In this document: positions 39,044 through 48,816 of the stretch, piece by piece
How the letters are laid out: every line of letters begins with the position of its first letter
Numbering within the stretch: position 1 is the stretch's first letter
NCBI GenBank assembly: GCA_965249745.1
Contig: OZ252252.1
Location: 4,965,659 to 5,029,658 of the forward strand
DNA from: Deinococcales bacterium
GTDB taxonomy: Bacteria; Deinococcota; Deinococci; Deinococcales; JAAFIG01
Length of the DNA stretch: 64,000 bases
Direction: 5' to 3'
Made by a program: the position numbers and the translations under genes
The notes under the pieces: model-generated
Database searches by the model: none
What the model saw: the letters and a program-made list of their open reading frames with translations, nothing else
Told to the model about the DNA's origin: nothing

Positions 39044-39286
39044 CTGCGCTCGAGGGAGAGTAGGTCTGCTGAAAATCTCGAGGGCGAGTGTTTGAGTGGA
39101 TGGATTTAAGGACATCCCTGTCTTGGATGGACGCGTTGAAGATTGTTCACAGGGCGCAACGTTCAAATCTTAGATGCCAAAAACGGTTTGTATGGCAGCA
39201 TTCTCGAGATTTGGATGACACCGCATCAGCTCAGGTTTAACTGGGAGATACGTAGATGCTGGCCTCGACGTTCTCAAGAAGTCCAG

Positions 39287-40720
39287 TCAAGCGCTGAGCT
39301 TATTGAAGACTGTTTTGAACCTCAGGTACGCCGCGTCCAGTTCTTCGTTTACCTGAGGTTCAGCCACCAGGGTGGTCGGCGTCTCCTGCCGCTCGAGGTC
39401 GGCCCAATTGATTTCCCCAACCGCCAGTGCGCCCAGCAGGGCCGCCCCTCGAGCCGAGGCGCTGGGGAGTTCGACAGCCTGCAAGCGGCAGTTGAGCGTG
39501 TCAGACAGGAGTTGCCGCCAGCGCGGGTCGGTCGTGCCGCCTCCGGCCAGGCGCAACTCGTTTGCCTGCACACCCACAGCTTGTAATGCTTTGAGACCAT
39601 CGCGGATGGCGAAGGCCACGCCCTCGAAGGCGGCGCGCATCAGGTGGGCGCGGCCGTGGTGCAGCCGCAAGCCAACCCAGGCCCCGCTGAGGTTTGGATT
39701 GTTGTGCGGCGAGCGCTCCCCCATCAGGTGCGGCAGGAAGGTCAGTCCGTCGCTCCCCGCGACTCCGAAAGCCAAGCTATACGCCTCCTCCCAGCCCAGC
39801 CCGAGCATGGTCCGCACAGCTTCCAGCGCCAGCCCCGCGTTCTGCATCGCCGCCATGCGGTACCACGACAGGACCGGCAGGCAGGACCGAAAGAGATGGG
39901 TGCGAAACTCCGGGTCAACGCTCAGTGCTGAACAAGGTGCGACAATCTGCGCTCCCGATCCGACCGTCAGTTGAACCGCGCCCGGCCGGAGCAGGCCGCT
40001 CCCCAACATGGCGGCGGCCGTGTCGGCCGCGCCAGCCGCGACCGGAATCCCGGCTCGCAAGCCGAGCGCTTCGGCGGCAACTCGAGTCAACCTTCCACCG
40101 ACGCTGTGCGAGGGTTGGATGTGCGGCAGGCAATCCATTCGCAATCCCAAGACGGAGATCACCTCTGCGTCCCAGGTGTCTCGAGTCAGGTCGTAGAGCA
40201 GCGTCGCCGAGGCGTCCGACGGATCGGTCAGGGTTTCTCCGGTGAGGCGCAGCCGGAGCCAGTCCTTGGGTTGCAACGCCCAGACCGCCGCGTCGTAGAC
40301 GGCAGGCTCGTGCTGCCGCACCCAGAGCAGGCTGGGACCCGTCATGCCCGTGACCGTGGGATTGCCAAGGCGCTGCCGCAGAGCAGGCGCTAGGTTCCTA
40401 TACCCCTCGAGTTGCGAGCCGCAGCGTGTGTCCGCCCACAGGATCGCGTTGCGGGCGACCCGACCGGCGGCGTCACAGAGAACGAGGCTGTGCATCTGCC
40501 CGGACAACCCGATGGCGCGTATCTCGTGGGCGTGCGGCCCGACGGCGGCTCGAGTGGCGGTCTCGGCGGCGCGCCACCAGTCCTCCGGGTCGGATTCCGC
40601 CCAGCCGGGGTGCGGCGCAGTCACGGTGTAGGAAGCGGATGCCTCGTGCAGAACGCGACCAGCGGCGTCCATCAGCAGGGCTTTCAGCGATCCCGTGCCC
40701 AGATCGAGGCCGAGGAACAT
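39287..40720 (-). CDS. FGGY-family carbohydrate kinase (xylulokinase-like)
   Basis: MFLGLDLGTGSLKALLMDAAGRVL...PHPGWAESDPEDWW and the C-terminal LRLAGGGTTDPRWRQLLSD. The alternative upstream ATG at 40741 adds 7 aa. Confidence 0.88.
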   Translation of the reverse strand: MFLGLDLGTGSLKALLMDAAGRVLHEASASYTVTAPHPGWAESDPEDWWRAAETATRAAVGPHAHEIRAIGLSGQMHSLVLCDAAGRVARNAILWADTRCGSQLEGYRNLAPALRQRLGNPTVTGMTGPSLLWVRQHEPAVYDAAVWALQPKDWLRLRLTGETLTDPSDASATLLYDLTRDTWDAEVISVLGLRMDCLPHIQPSHSVGGRLTRVAAEALGLRAGIPVAAGAADTAAAMLGSGLLRPGAVQLTVGSGAQIVAPCSALSVDPEFRTHLFRSCLPVLSWYRMAAMQNAGLALEAVRTMLGLGWEEAYSLAFGVAGSDGLTFLPHLMGERSPHNNPNLSGAWVGLRLHHGRAHLMRAAFEGVAFAIRDGLKALQAVGVQANELRLAGGGTTDPRWRQLLSDTLNCRLQAVELPSASARGAALLGALAVGEINWADLERQETPTTLVAEPQVNEELDAAYLRFKTVFNKLSA

Positions 40721-40896
40721 CAGCTCGCCCAGCTCACGCATCTGCCTATATCTAGAGGCTGATACACGACCCGTAGGGCGAAACACGCTCGAAGAAACCG
40801 CGTCATTTTGACCAGCTTAACCGGTTTCTCCGGTTCATCGTTCTTCGTCCGGTCTTGACAACTCGAGCCGGGTATGAGATATTTCTGCCATCACAA

Positions 40897-40910
40897 ATGA
40901 AATCGATTGC
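40897..40910. promoter_or_regulatory. LacI-type operator-like imperfect palindrome
   Basis: TGAAATCGATTGCA lies in the divergent kinase/LacI intergenic region. A related AAGCGCTT core is at 40929-40936. Confidence 0.45.
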
Positions 40911-40985
40911 AGTCGCTAACCTCCGGGCTAAGCGCTTGCGAGACGGCATAAATTCGCCCTAGGGTTTCTTGTTGTCGCCAGAAAG

Positions 40986-40999
40986 TGAAAACGATTGCA
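40986..40999. promoter_or_regulatory. Second LacI-type operator-like site abutting the regulator start codon
   Basis: TGAAAACGATTGCA ends at the A of the ATG at 40999 and shares 13 of 14 positions with the site at 40897-40910. Confidence 0.45.
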
Positions 41000-42066
41000 T
41001 GATTGGAATTGATGCCGTTGCCAAACTCGCCGGAGTTTCTCCCGCCACGGCCTCGCGCGCACTATCAAAACCTGACATGGTGGCTCAAGCCACCCGCGAA
41101 CGGGTCATGAAAGCGGCTCAGGAGTTGAATTACCAACCGAACGTACTGGCTCGAGGTCTGCGCCAGCGTAGCAGTCGTACCCTGGGCGTCATCATCAGCG
41201 ACGTGCTGAACCCCGGCAATGCCACCCTCGCCAAGGGTATTCAGGATGCCGCCGCACGGCGCGATTACACCGTGTTCATGTTTAACACCGACGAGGACGG
41301 GGACAAGGAGCGCCGCGCGATCGAATCCCTGCGCGGTCACCTGCCGCAGGGACTGATTATCATGCCGACCGCGCAGGCGAAGCAAAACCTGAAACTCGTC
41401 CCGAACCTGCCAACCGTAGAACTGGATCGCGCCAGCGGCCTACCCGATGCCCACACGGTCCTAGTGGACAACGCGGGCGGCGCACGCACGGCCGTGCAAC
41501 ACCTGATTGACCTGGGACACAAGCGGATCGGAGCAATCGTCGGACGGCTGGACATCACGACCGCCGTGGAACGCCTTGGGGGGTACCGCGAAGCGCTCGA
41601 GACCGCCCGCATCCCCTACCGCGAGGACTTCGTGCTGATCGGCAATCACCGCGAGGACGGCGGGCACGCCGCCGCGATCACATTACTCTCCAAACCGAGC
41701 AGTGAGCGCCCGACCGCGCTGTTCGTGGGTAACAACGAGATGACCATCGGAGCCTTGCTGGCCGTGCGCGAACTTGGGTTACGCATCCCGGACGACCTGT
41801 CCATCGTCGGCTTCGACGATTCGCGCTGGGCCAGACTGATGCAACCCGCGATCACCGTCGTGGCCCAACCCGCCTATGAACTGGCGTTTCTGGCCTGCGA
41901 AACACTGCTGAACCGCCTCGAGCGGGACTCCACGCAGCGCCCGGCCAACGTACGCCTGTCTACCACCTTCATCCCTCGAGCCTCGACGGGCGCACCCCCA
42001 CCCTCGGCGATCACCAAGCGTTCCACCCCTGAGGCCCTCAACACCGCAGCTCGGGAGCGCTCGTGA
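40999..42066 (+). CDS. LacI-family transcriptional regulator
   Basis: The HTH is MIGIDAVAKLAGVSPATASRALS, followed by a sugar-binding core. Confidence 0.9.
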   Translation: MIGIDAVAKLAGVSPATASRALSKPDMVAQATRERVMKAAQELNYQPNVLARGLRQRSSRTLGVIISDVLNPGNATLAKGIQDAAARRDYTVFMFNTDEDGDKERRAIESLRGHLPQGLIIMPTAQAKQNLKLVPNLPTVELDRASGLPDAHTVLVDNAGGARTAVQHLIDLGHKRIGAIVGRLDITTAVERLGGYREALETARIPYREDFVLIGNHREDGGHAAAITLLSKPSSERPTALFVGNNEMTIGALLAVRELGLRIPDDLSIVGFDDSRWARLMQPAITVVAQPAYELAFLACETLLNRLERDSTQRPANVRLSTTFIPRASTGAPPPSAITKRSTPEALNTAARERS

Positions 42067-42551
42067 ACAGTCTGACCGCGACCCGCCCGACCGCACAGAG
42101 CTTCGCGCCGTTCGGCACACTGCTGGACAAACCCGCTCGGCCCGCGACCACCCTGCGCGGCGATATCAGTTTCTGGCACGCCACGGGCGATCTGTCCGAC
42201 CTGAACGGTTCCGGCGTCACCGCCTACCTGACCGCCCACCAACGCGAAGCGCTGCTCGACAGAGTAGAGCGCCACAACCAGACCTGCGAGGCGTTCATCT
42301 CCATCCACGGTCAGAGCCTGTTCGTGGTCGCCCCGCCTGGGGATCTGGACCCGCTCCTGATTCGCGTCTTCCTGCTCGAGCCTGGTCAGAGCGTGCTGCT
42401 GCACCGTGGAACCTGGCACTGGGCCCCGTTTCCGATCCGCGCCACCGCCGACTTCTTGCTATTGCTGCGCGCCGAAACCCCCGATCAGGACATTGAAATC
42501 CAAGAGATTCCCCCGCTACGGCTCCTGCCCCTCGAGTCTGTCCCGAATTAG
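42063..42551 (+). CDS. Ureidoglycolate-lyase-like cupin protein
   Basis: FAPFGTLLDKP...RVERHNQTCEAFISIHGQSLFVV...HRGTWHWAPFPI resembles the AllA/ureidoglycolate lyase fold family. The GTG start overlaps the upstream stop. Confidence 0.55.
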   Translation: MNSLTATRPTAQSFAPFGTLLDKPARPATTLRGDISFWHATGDLSDLNGSGVTAYLTAHQREALLDRVERHNQTCEAFISIHGQSLFVVAPPGDLDPLLIRVFLLEPGQSVLLHRGTWHWAPFPIRATADFLLLLRAETPDQDIEIQEIPPLRLLPLESVPN

Positions 42552-42643
42552 TTCACCACTCGCTTTTTCCCGTCTGCCGCCTCGTGTGCAGATTCATGCC
42601 GCCCCGCAACCCGCCGCCCTCTCATGCTCACAGGAGAACCACC

Positions 42644-43651
42644 ATGCGTAAACAGCTCGCCCTACCCGCCCTGGCACTCGCTTCAGCCGCCGTGATCGTT
42701 GGACTGGCGTTGGCCCAGAACAAGCAGCCGATCATTGGGTTGATTACCAAGACCGAATCCAACCCGTTCTTCGTCAAAATGAAAGAGGGAGCCTCCAAGG
42801 AAGCGGCCCGCCTCGGAGCCAAATTCATCAGCGCCGCCGGGAAGCAAGACGGCGACAACGCTGGTCAGGTCGCCGCGATCGAAAACATGGTCGCCGCCGG
42901 AGCGCAAACCATCCTGATCACCCCGAGCGATTCCAAAGCGATCGTTCCCGCCATCGCCAAGGCTCGAGCCGCTGGCACGATGGTGATCGCGCTGGACAGC
43001 CCGACCGAACCGGCCGACGCGGTGGACGCGCTGTTCGCCACGAACAACTTCAAGGCGGGCGTTTTGATCGGTGAGTACGCGGCCGCCGCCACGAAGGGCA
43101 AGAAGCTGAAGATCGCCATGCTGGACCTGTTCCCCGGTCACCCGGTCGGCATTGCCCGTCACAACGGCTTCCTGAACGGCCTGGGGGCCGACAACATCAC
43201 CGAGGACACGGCTGACCTGGCCACGACCGCCGATGTCGTCTGCGCCCAGGACACCTTCGGCGACCAAGCCAAGGGCCAGACCGCGATGGAGAACTGCCTC
43301 CAGAAGAACCCGGACATCAACATGGTCTACACGATCAACGAACCCGCCGCTGCGGGCGCGTACCAGGCACTGAAAGCCGCTGGTAAGGAAAAAACCGTCA
43401 CGATCGTCTCGGTGGACGGCGGTTGCGAGGGCGTGCGCAACGTGGACAAGGGCGTGATCGCCGCGACCTCGCAGCAGTACCCGTTGAAGATGGCCGCCCT
43501 GGGCGTGGCTGCGGGCGTCAAGTACGCGCAGACTGGTCGGAAGACCAGCGGCTACGTGGACACCGGCGTGACCCTGATCGCCAAGAAAGCCTACGCGGGC
43601 ATCGGCAGCAAGGACACCAAGTTCGGTTTAGCAAGCTGCTGGGGCAACTAA
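42644..43651 (+). CDS. ABC transporter periplasmic monosaccharide-binding protein (RbsB/FrcB-like)
   Basis: AGGAG RBS and signal MRKQLALPALALASAAVIVGLALA. IGLITKTESNPFFVKMKEGA is typical of the CUT2 SBP family. Confidence 0.85.
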   Translation: MRKQLALPALALASAAVIVGLALAQNKQPIIGLITKTESNPFFVKMKEGASKEAARLGAKFISAAGKQDGDNAGQVAAIENMVAAGAQTILITPSDSKAIVPAIAKARAAGTMVIALDSPTEPADAVDALFATNNFKAGVLIGEYAAAATKGKKLKIAMLDLFPGHPVGIARHNGFLNGLGADNITEDTADLATTADVVCAQDTFGDQAKGQTAMENCLQKNPDINMVYTINEPAAAGAYQALKAAGKEKTVTIVSVDGGCEGVRNVDKGVIAATSQQYPLKMAALGVAAGVKYAQTGRKTSGYVDTGVTLIAKKAYAGIGSKDTKFGLASCWGN

Positions 43652-43802
43652 ACAGAGCTGAGGCGGAGCTGACAGCTCGAGTCACGAACAGAGCTGATTC
43701 CTCGAGTCACATCCATCTCAGCTTTGAACCTCAAAACGTAACGCTTTGAGACCGACGGGGGCGGGCAACAACCCGCCTCCACAGCAGCTCGCGGAGAAAA
43801 TC

Positions 43803-44792
43803 ATGTCCAACCCTGTTCTAGCCAAACCACAACAAAAGACACTGCTCGAGCGGCTGCCCGGCGTCACCGTGCTGGGCCCGGTGGTGGCGTTACTGCTCGC
43901 TTCAATTTTTTTCTCCACGCAATCGGATCGCTTTTTCAGTGGCAGTAATTTTTCGCTTATTTTGCAGCAAGTGATGGTCGTCGGCGTCATGGCGATCGGG
44001 CAGACGTTGGTGATTTTGACCGCCGGAATTGACCTCTCGTGCGGCATGGTCATGGCTTTGGGAACCGTGGTGATGACGAAGTTCTCAATGCAACTGGGCC
44101 TGCCGCCGGTCGTGGCGATCCTGTGTGGGATCGCCGTGACGACCGCCTTCGGCTTTCTGAACGGTTTGCTGATCACACGGATTCGTCTGCCGCCGTTCAT
44201 CGTGACCCTCGGCACACTGAATATCGCCTTCGCTCTAACCCAGATTTACTCGAGCGCGCAGACGATCACGGTCTCGCCGCCGGAGTCGGCGTTGCTGGTG
44301 TTCGGCAACACCTTCAACATCGGCGGCACGGTCCTCAATTACGGCGTCATCACCATGATTTTCTTGTACATCCTGGTTTGGTTCATCCTGTCGGAAACCG
44401 CGCCGGGGCGTCACCTTTACGCGGTCGGCAACAACCCGGAAGCCGCGCGTTTGACCGGCATCCCGACGCAGCGCCTGCTGTTAATCGTTTACACCCTGGC
44501 CGGGACCATCTACGGCGTCGCGGGTTGGCTGCTGGTCTCCCGCACGGGCGTCGGTGATCCGAACGCCGGGCAAACCGATAACCTCGAGACGATCACCGCC
44601 GTGGTGCTGGGTGGAACCAGTCTGTTCGGTGGGCGCGGCGTGATTTTTGGGACGCTCCTGGGAGCGCTGATCGTCGGTGTCTTCCGCAACGGTCTGACGC
44701 TGACGGGTGTACCATCGGTGTTCCAAATTCTCATCACGGGCATTCTGGTGATTCTGGCCGTAACAGCCGATCAACTCTCCAAGCGAAAGTGA
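43803..44792 (+). CDS. ABC sugar permease (RbsC/FrcC-like)
   Basis: Multi-pass BPD_transp_2-type membrane protein with GIDLSCGMVMAL and GGTSLFGGRG motifs. Confidence 0.85.
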   Translation: MSNPVLAKPQQKTLLERLPGVTVLGPVVALLLASIFFSTQSDRFFSGSNFSLILQQVMVVGVMAIGQTLVILTAGIDLSCGMVMALGTVVMTKFSMQLGLPPVVAILCGIAVTTAFGFLNGLLITRIRLPPFIVTLGTLNIAFALTQIYSSAQTITVSPPESALLVFGNTFNIGGTVLNYGVITMIFLYILVWFILSETAPGRHLYAVGNNPEAARLTGIPTQRLLLIVYTLAGTIYGVAGWLLVSRTGVGDPNAGQTDNLETITAVVLGGTSLFGGRGVIFGTLLGALIVGVFRNGLTLTGVPSVFQILITGILVILAVTADQLSKRK

Positions 44793-45646
44793 GCGTGACC
44801 CCCTTGACGGCAGTTGACACGACCCGAACCTCAGTCCCACCGCTCAGCTCCAACGCCAAACCCGTATTACAAGCTCGAGGTCTCGTCAAACGCTACGGTC
44901 AGGTCACGGCGCTCGATGGGGCGGATTTTGAACTCCTGGACGGGGAGATCCTGGCGGTGATTGGTGACAACGGCGCGGGCAAGTCCAGTCTGATCAAAGC
45001 GCTCTCCGGGGCGACGATTCCTGACAAGGGCGAGATTTTACTGGATGGGAAACTGGTCCATTTCCGCAGCCCAATAGATGCCCGACATCACGGCATCGAA
45101 ACCGTGTATCAGGATTTGGCGGTCGCACCCGCAATGACGATTGCCGAGAACCTATTTCTGGGGCGCGAAATTTTGCGCCCGAACCCGTTCGCCAAACTGT
45201 TCAGGATTTTGGACAAAAAGCGGATGCTCGAGGAAGCCAGCCGTCACATGCAGGATTTGAAAATTGGAATTCGCAGTATGCAGCAGGCCGTGGAAACGCT
45301 GTCCGGCGGTCAGCGTCAGGGCGTGGCCGTGGCACGCAGCGCCGCCTTCGCCCGGCACGTCGTCATCATGGACGAACCGACAGCGGCGCTCGGGGTCAAG
45401 GAAAGCAATATGGTGCTGGACCTGATTCGCCGCGTGCGCGACAAGGGCTTACCCGTCATCATTATCAGTCACAACATGCCGCACGTTTTCGAGATCGCCG
45501 ACCGGATTCACATTCAACGCCTCGGGCGACGCGCGGCCGTGGTCAACCCGAAGCTGGTCAGCATGAGTGACACGGTGGCGGTGATGACCGGCGCGATGAC
45601 CCCGGAACAACTCGGGGCGGGCGCGGTCCTGACCACGGGTGCTTAA
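44789..45646 (+). CDS. ABC transporter ATP-binding protein (single NBD)
   Basis: Walker A GDNGAGKSS, signature LSGGQRQ and Walker B VVIMDEPT are present. Confidence 0.9.
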   Translation: MSVTPLTAVDTTRTSVPPLSSNAKPVLQARGLVKRYGQVTALDGADFELLDGEILAVIGDNGAGKSSLIKALSGATIPDKGEILLDGKLVHFRSPIDARHHGIETVYQDLAVAPAMTIAENLFLGREILRPNPFAKLFRILDKKRMLEEASRHMQDLKIGIRSMQQAVETLSGGQRQGVAVARSAAFARHVVIMDEPTAALGVKESNMVLDLIRRVRDKGLPVIIISHNMPHVFEIADRIHIQRLGRRAAVVNPKLVSMSDTVAVMTGAMTPEQLGAGAVLTTGA

Positions 45647-45888
45647 ACCTACTCAGCTCGAGGAGATCTCGAGACGGGGTTGTTTTGGACTTGGTTTTCG
45701 GATGGCGTGGTCTGCCGGGTTTACCGTGGCAACCCCCTACGGAAGACCTGGGTCCTGACCGCGAAGTGATCTGTTGTTCAAGTAGCTCACGCGCCGTGGT
45801 CAATCTCGAGACATGGCTGCCTCCACACCTCGACGGGGTACAGAGTCGTACCCGCTCCCTAGACTGAACTCGCCGTAGACTGAACCTC

Positions 45889-46905
45889 ATGACCGCACCG
45901 CTCCCGACCAAGCCGCTCCGCTTTGGGATTCTCAGTGCCGCCCGCATTGCCGAAGCTCTGGCTCCCGCGATTCGCGCCGCCAGCAACGCCGAACTGGTCG
46001 GGATCGCCGCCAGGGACGAAACCCGTGCGCGGGCTTTTGCTGATAAATTTTCCATCCCAAACGTTTTCAAGAGTTACGACGCACTGCTGGAAAGCGATCA
46101 GATAGACGCGGTTTACATCCCGCTGACCAACGACTTGCACGCGCCCTGGGCAATCAAATCGCTCGAGGCGGGAAAGCATGTCCTCTTAGAAAAACCGTCC
46201 GCTATGAACAGCGCGGAGACCGCGCACATCTTGGAGGCCGCCAAAGCCCACGGGCGCGTCGTGTTTGAAGGCTTCATGTACCGCTATCACCCGCAGGTGG
46301 CCCGCGCCCTCGAGTTGGTGCGATCTGGCGCAATCGGTGAATTGCGCCTGGTACGATCCAGCTTTTCGTTTCCGCTCTCGCCCGGCGACGATCACCGTTG
46401 GTTGCGCTCGCAGGGCGGCGGCGCGATGTTCGACATCGGCTGCTATTGCCTGAACACGGCGCTGCTGTTCATGGGTGAAACTCCAGGGTCGGTCACGGCT
46501 CGAGCCACCTGGGGTTCCAAACCGGGCGCGCCCAGAGAAGAGTTCGTGGACATGGAACTGGCGGCAATTCTGGAGTTCAGCGATCGTAAACGCGCCATGT
46601 TCGACTGCTCGTTTCAACACGTCTTGCGTCAGCAGACCGAACTGGTGGGAACGACCGGAACGATTGGGCTGGGCGGCTTCGTGTCACCTCGCACGGAACC
46701 CGGAAAAGTCTGGCTGAACGGGTCACTGGAAGAGACCGCGCCCGCCGACCGATATCAGCTCATGGTGGAACACATGGCGCGGGTCGTCGCGGGCGAGGAA
46801 TCGCCGCGCTTCGACGCACCAGAGCAGGCCACGAGTGCGCTAAACCAGATGCGGACGCTCGAGGCGGTGCTGGAGAGCGCCGAGCGCAACACGCCACGCG
46901 GTTAA
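45889..46905 (+). CDS. Gfo/Idh/MocA-family oxidoreductase
   Basis: The N-terminal Rossmann pattern is LRFGILSAARIA...AVYIPLTNDLHAPWAIKSLEAGKHVLLEKP. Confidence 0.88.
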   Translation: MTAPLPTKPLRFGILSAARIAEALAPAIRAASNAELVGIAARDETRARAFADKFSIPNVFKSYDALLESDQIDAVYIPLTNDLHAPWAIKSLEAGKHVLLEKPSAMNSAETAHILEAAKAHGRVVFEGFMYRYHPQVARALELVRSGAIGELRLVRSSFSFPLSPGDDHRWLRSQGGGAMFDIGCYCLNTALLFMGETPGSVTARATWGSKPGAPREEFVDMELAAILEFSDRKRAMFDCSFQHVLRQQTELVGTTGTIGLGGFVSPRTEPGKVWLNGSLEETAPADRYQLMVEHMARVVAGEESPRFDAPEQATSALNQMRTLEAVLESAERNTPRG

Positions 46906-46969
46906 GTGATCGAGTCTCGAGTTGCAAGTGTTCCTGTTGTTGAAAATGGTGCTCGTCGTACAGTGACCC

Positions 46970-48772
46970 ATGAGCTTACCGAAACGCAGTCAGTTACCTC
47001 AGGAGCAAACCTGGAGCCTGGAGACGGTCTTCCCGTCAGAGGCAGCTTGGCGGGCCGCGCTCGAGGAGATACCGGGGTTTGGAACGCAGATCGCAGCGTT
47101 CTCCGGACGGCTAGGTGAGTCCGGGACGACGCTCTGGGAGGGCTTGCAACTGCGGGATGCGCTGTCTCTCCGCGCCGGAAAGGTGCGGCTGTACGCCAGC
47201 TTATTGAGCGACACCGAAGGCACGAATGCCCTGTACTCGGGGATGCGGGCCGAGGCGAACACGGCGGTCGCGGGGCTGGGCGGAGCGGCTGCCTTCATGC
47301 AACCAGAACTGCTGTCCCTGGGCGAGGATCGGCTCGAGGGGTTGATGCGGCAGGAACCACGTCTAGAACTGTACCGCCACAGCTTCGAGGTGCTGCGAGC
47401 GCAGGCGGCCCACGTTCGCAGCACCGAGGTCGAAACGCTGCTGGCGCAAGCCAGAGACCCGCTCGGGACCGCTGAGAGCGCGGCGAGTGCCGCGGCCGAT
47501 GCCGATATGAAGTTTCGCCCGGTCGAGCAAAATGGGATGACGCTCGAGGTCTCGCACACGAACGTCGGTGAACTGCTCTCCAGCCCGGATGCTGGGGTGC
47601 GCCGGGCCGCCTGGGAATCCTACGCGGATGGTCATCTGGCATTTCAGAACACGCTGGCCGCCACGCTTCAGGGAAGTATTAAAGCCTACGTCTTCAACAC
47701 CCGCGCCAGAGGCTATGCCAGCTCGCTCGAGATGTCGCTGTCCCGCAATCACATTCCGGTGGCGGTGTTTGAAAATCTGCTCAGTACCTTCGAGGCGAAC
47801 CTGCCGACCTGGCATCGCTATTGGAAGCTCCGGAAAAAAGCCATGAATGGGGCGTTGCAGACCTACGACATCCCAATTTACGATTCGCCCGCGCCGCTCA
47901 CGCCTAGCCCAAAGATGAGCTTTTCGGAAGCCTCGCAAACTATTCTGGACGGGATGCAGCCGCTCGGCGCGACCTATAACGACCCTATGCGGCGCGGATT
48001 GTCGGAGCAGCGTTGGGTGGACTGGGGGCAGAACGCGGGCAAAGGCGCGGGCGCATTCTCGAGCGGCTTGCAGGGCACGCATCCGTTCATCTTCGTGAGC
48101 TGGTCGGACGACCTGTACTCCATGTCCACGCTGGCGCACGAGCTGGGCCACTCGATGCACTCGTACCTGACGCGCGCCACGCAACCAACGGTCTACTCCA
48201 GCTACGGGCTGTTCGTGGCCGAGGTGGCCAGCAATTTCAATCAGGCGATGGTCCGGGCGCACCTGTTGAAGCAGACCGCCGACCCGACGATGCGCTTGGC
48301 AGTTCTCGAGGAGGCGTTCTCCAATTTTCACCGATATTTATTCGTCATGCCGACCCTGGCACGGTTTGAAAAGGAACTCTACGAGCGCGTGGAACGCGGC
48401 GGGGCGATCAGTGCGCCGGATTTGAGCGCGCGCTTGGTGGAGCTGTTCAGTCAAGGTTACGGCGGCGCGGTAACGATAGACGCGGAACGCCTCGGGTCGG
48501 GCTGGATGAACTTCGGGCATCTCTACGCGCCGTTCTACGTGTACCAGTACGCGACCGGCATCGCCGCCGCGAACGCGCTGGCCAAAGACGTAATGGAGCA
48601 GGGCGAACCGGCCGCGGCGCGGTACCTGGAGTTTTTGAAGGCGGGCAGTTCGGTCTACCCGCTGGACGCTTTGAAGATCGCTGGGATTGACATGAGCCAG
48701 CCGGAACCCGTGCAGCGAGGCTTCGACGTGTTGAAGGAAATGGTGGATGAACTCGAGGCGACGCTCGGGTAA
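46970..48772 (+). CDS. pepF: Oligoendopeptidase F (M3B)
   Basis: Zinc motif HELGHSMH, with M3B-like length and layout. Confidence 0.9.
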   Translation: MSLPKRSQLPQEQTWSLETVFPSEAAWRAALEEIPGFGTQIAAFSGRLGESGTTLWEGLQLRDALSLRAGKVRLYASLLSDTEGTNALYSGMRAEANTAVAGLGGAAAFMQPELLSLGEDRLEGLMRQEPRLELYRHSFEVLRAQAAHVRSTEVETLLAQARDPLGTAESAASAAADADMKFRPVEQNGMTLEVSHTNVGELLSSPDAGVRRAAWESYADGHLAFQNTLAATLQGSIKAYVFNTRARGYASSLEMSLSRNHIPVAVFENLLSTFEANLPTWHRYWKLRKKAMNGALQTYDIPIYDSPAPLTPSPKMSFSEASQTILDGMQPLGATYNDPMRRGLSEQRWVDWGQNAGKGAGAFSSGLQGTHPFIFVSWSDDLYSMSTLAHELGHSMHSYLTRATQPTVYSSYGLFVAEVASNFNQAMVRAHLLKQTADPTMRLAVLEEAFSNFHRYLFVMPTLARFEKELYERVERGGAISAPDLSARLVELFSQGYGGAVTIDAERLGSGWMNFGHLYAPFYVYQYATGIAAANALAKDVMEQGEPAAARYLEFLKAGSSVYPLDALKIAGIDMSQPEPVQRGFDVLKEMVDELEATLG

Positions 48773-48816
48773 CGGGCCCCGATGATGCTTCTCTTCAGGG
48801 ATGTTAGCGTGACACG

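Noticed and set aside
47363-48331. 322-aa ORF antisense to pepF
   Set aside because: It is antisense to a gene with the HELGH zinc motif and has the typical high-GC shadow-ORF composition.
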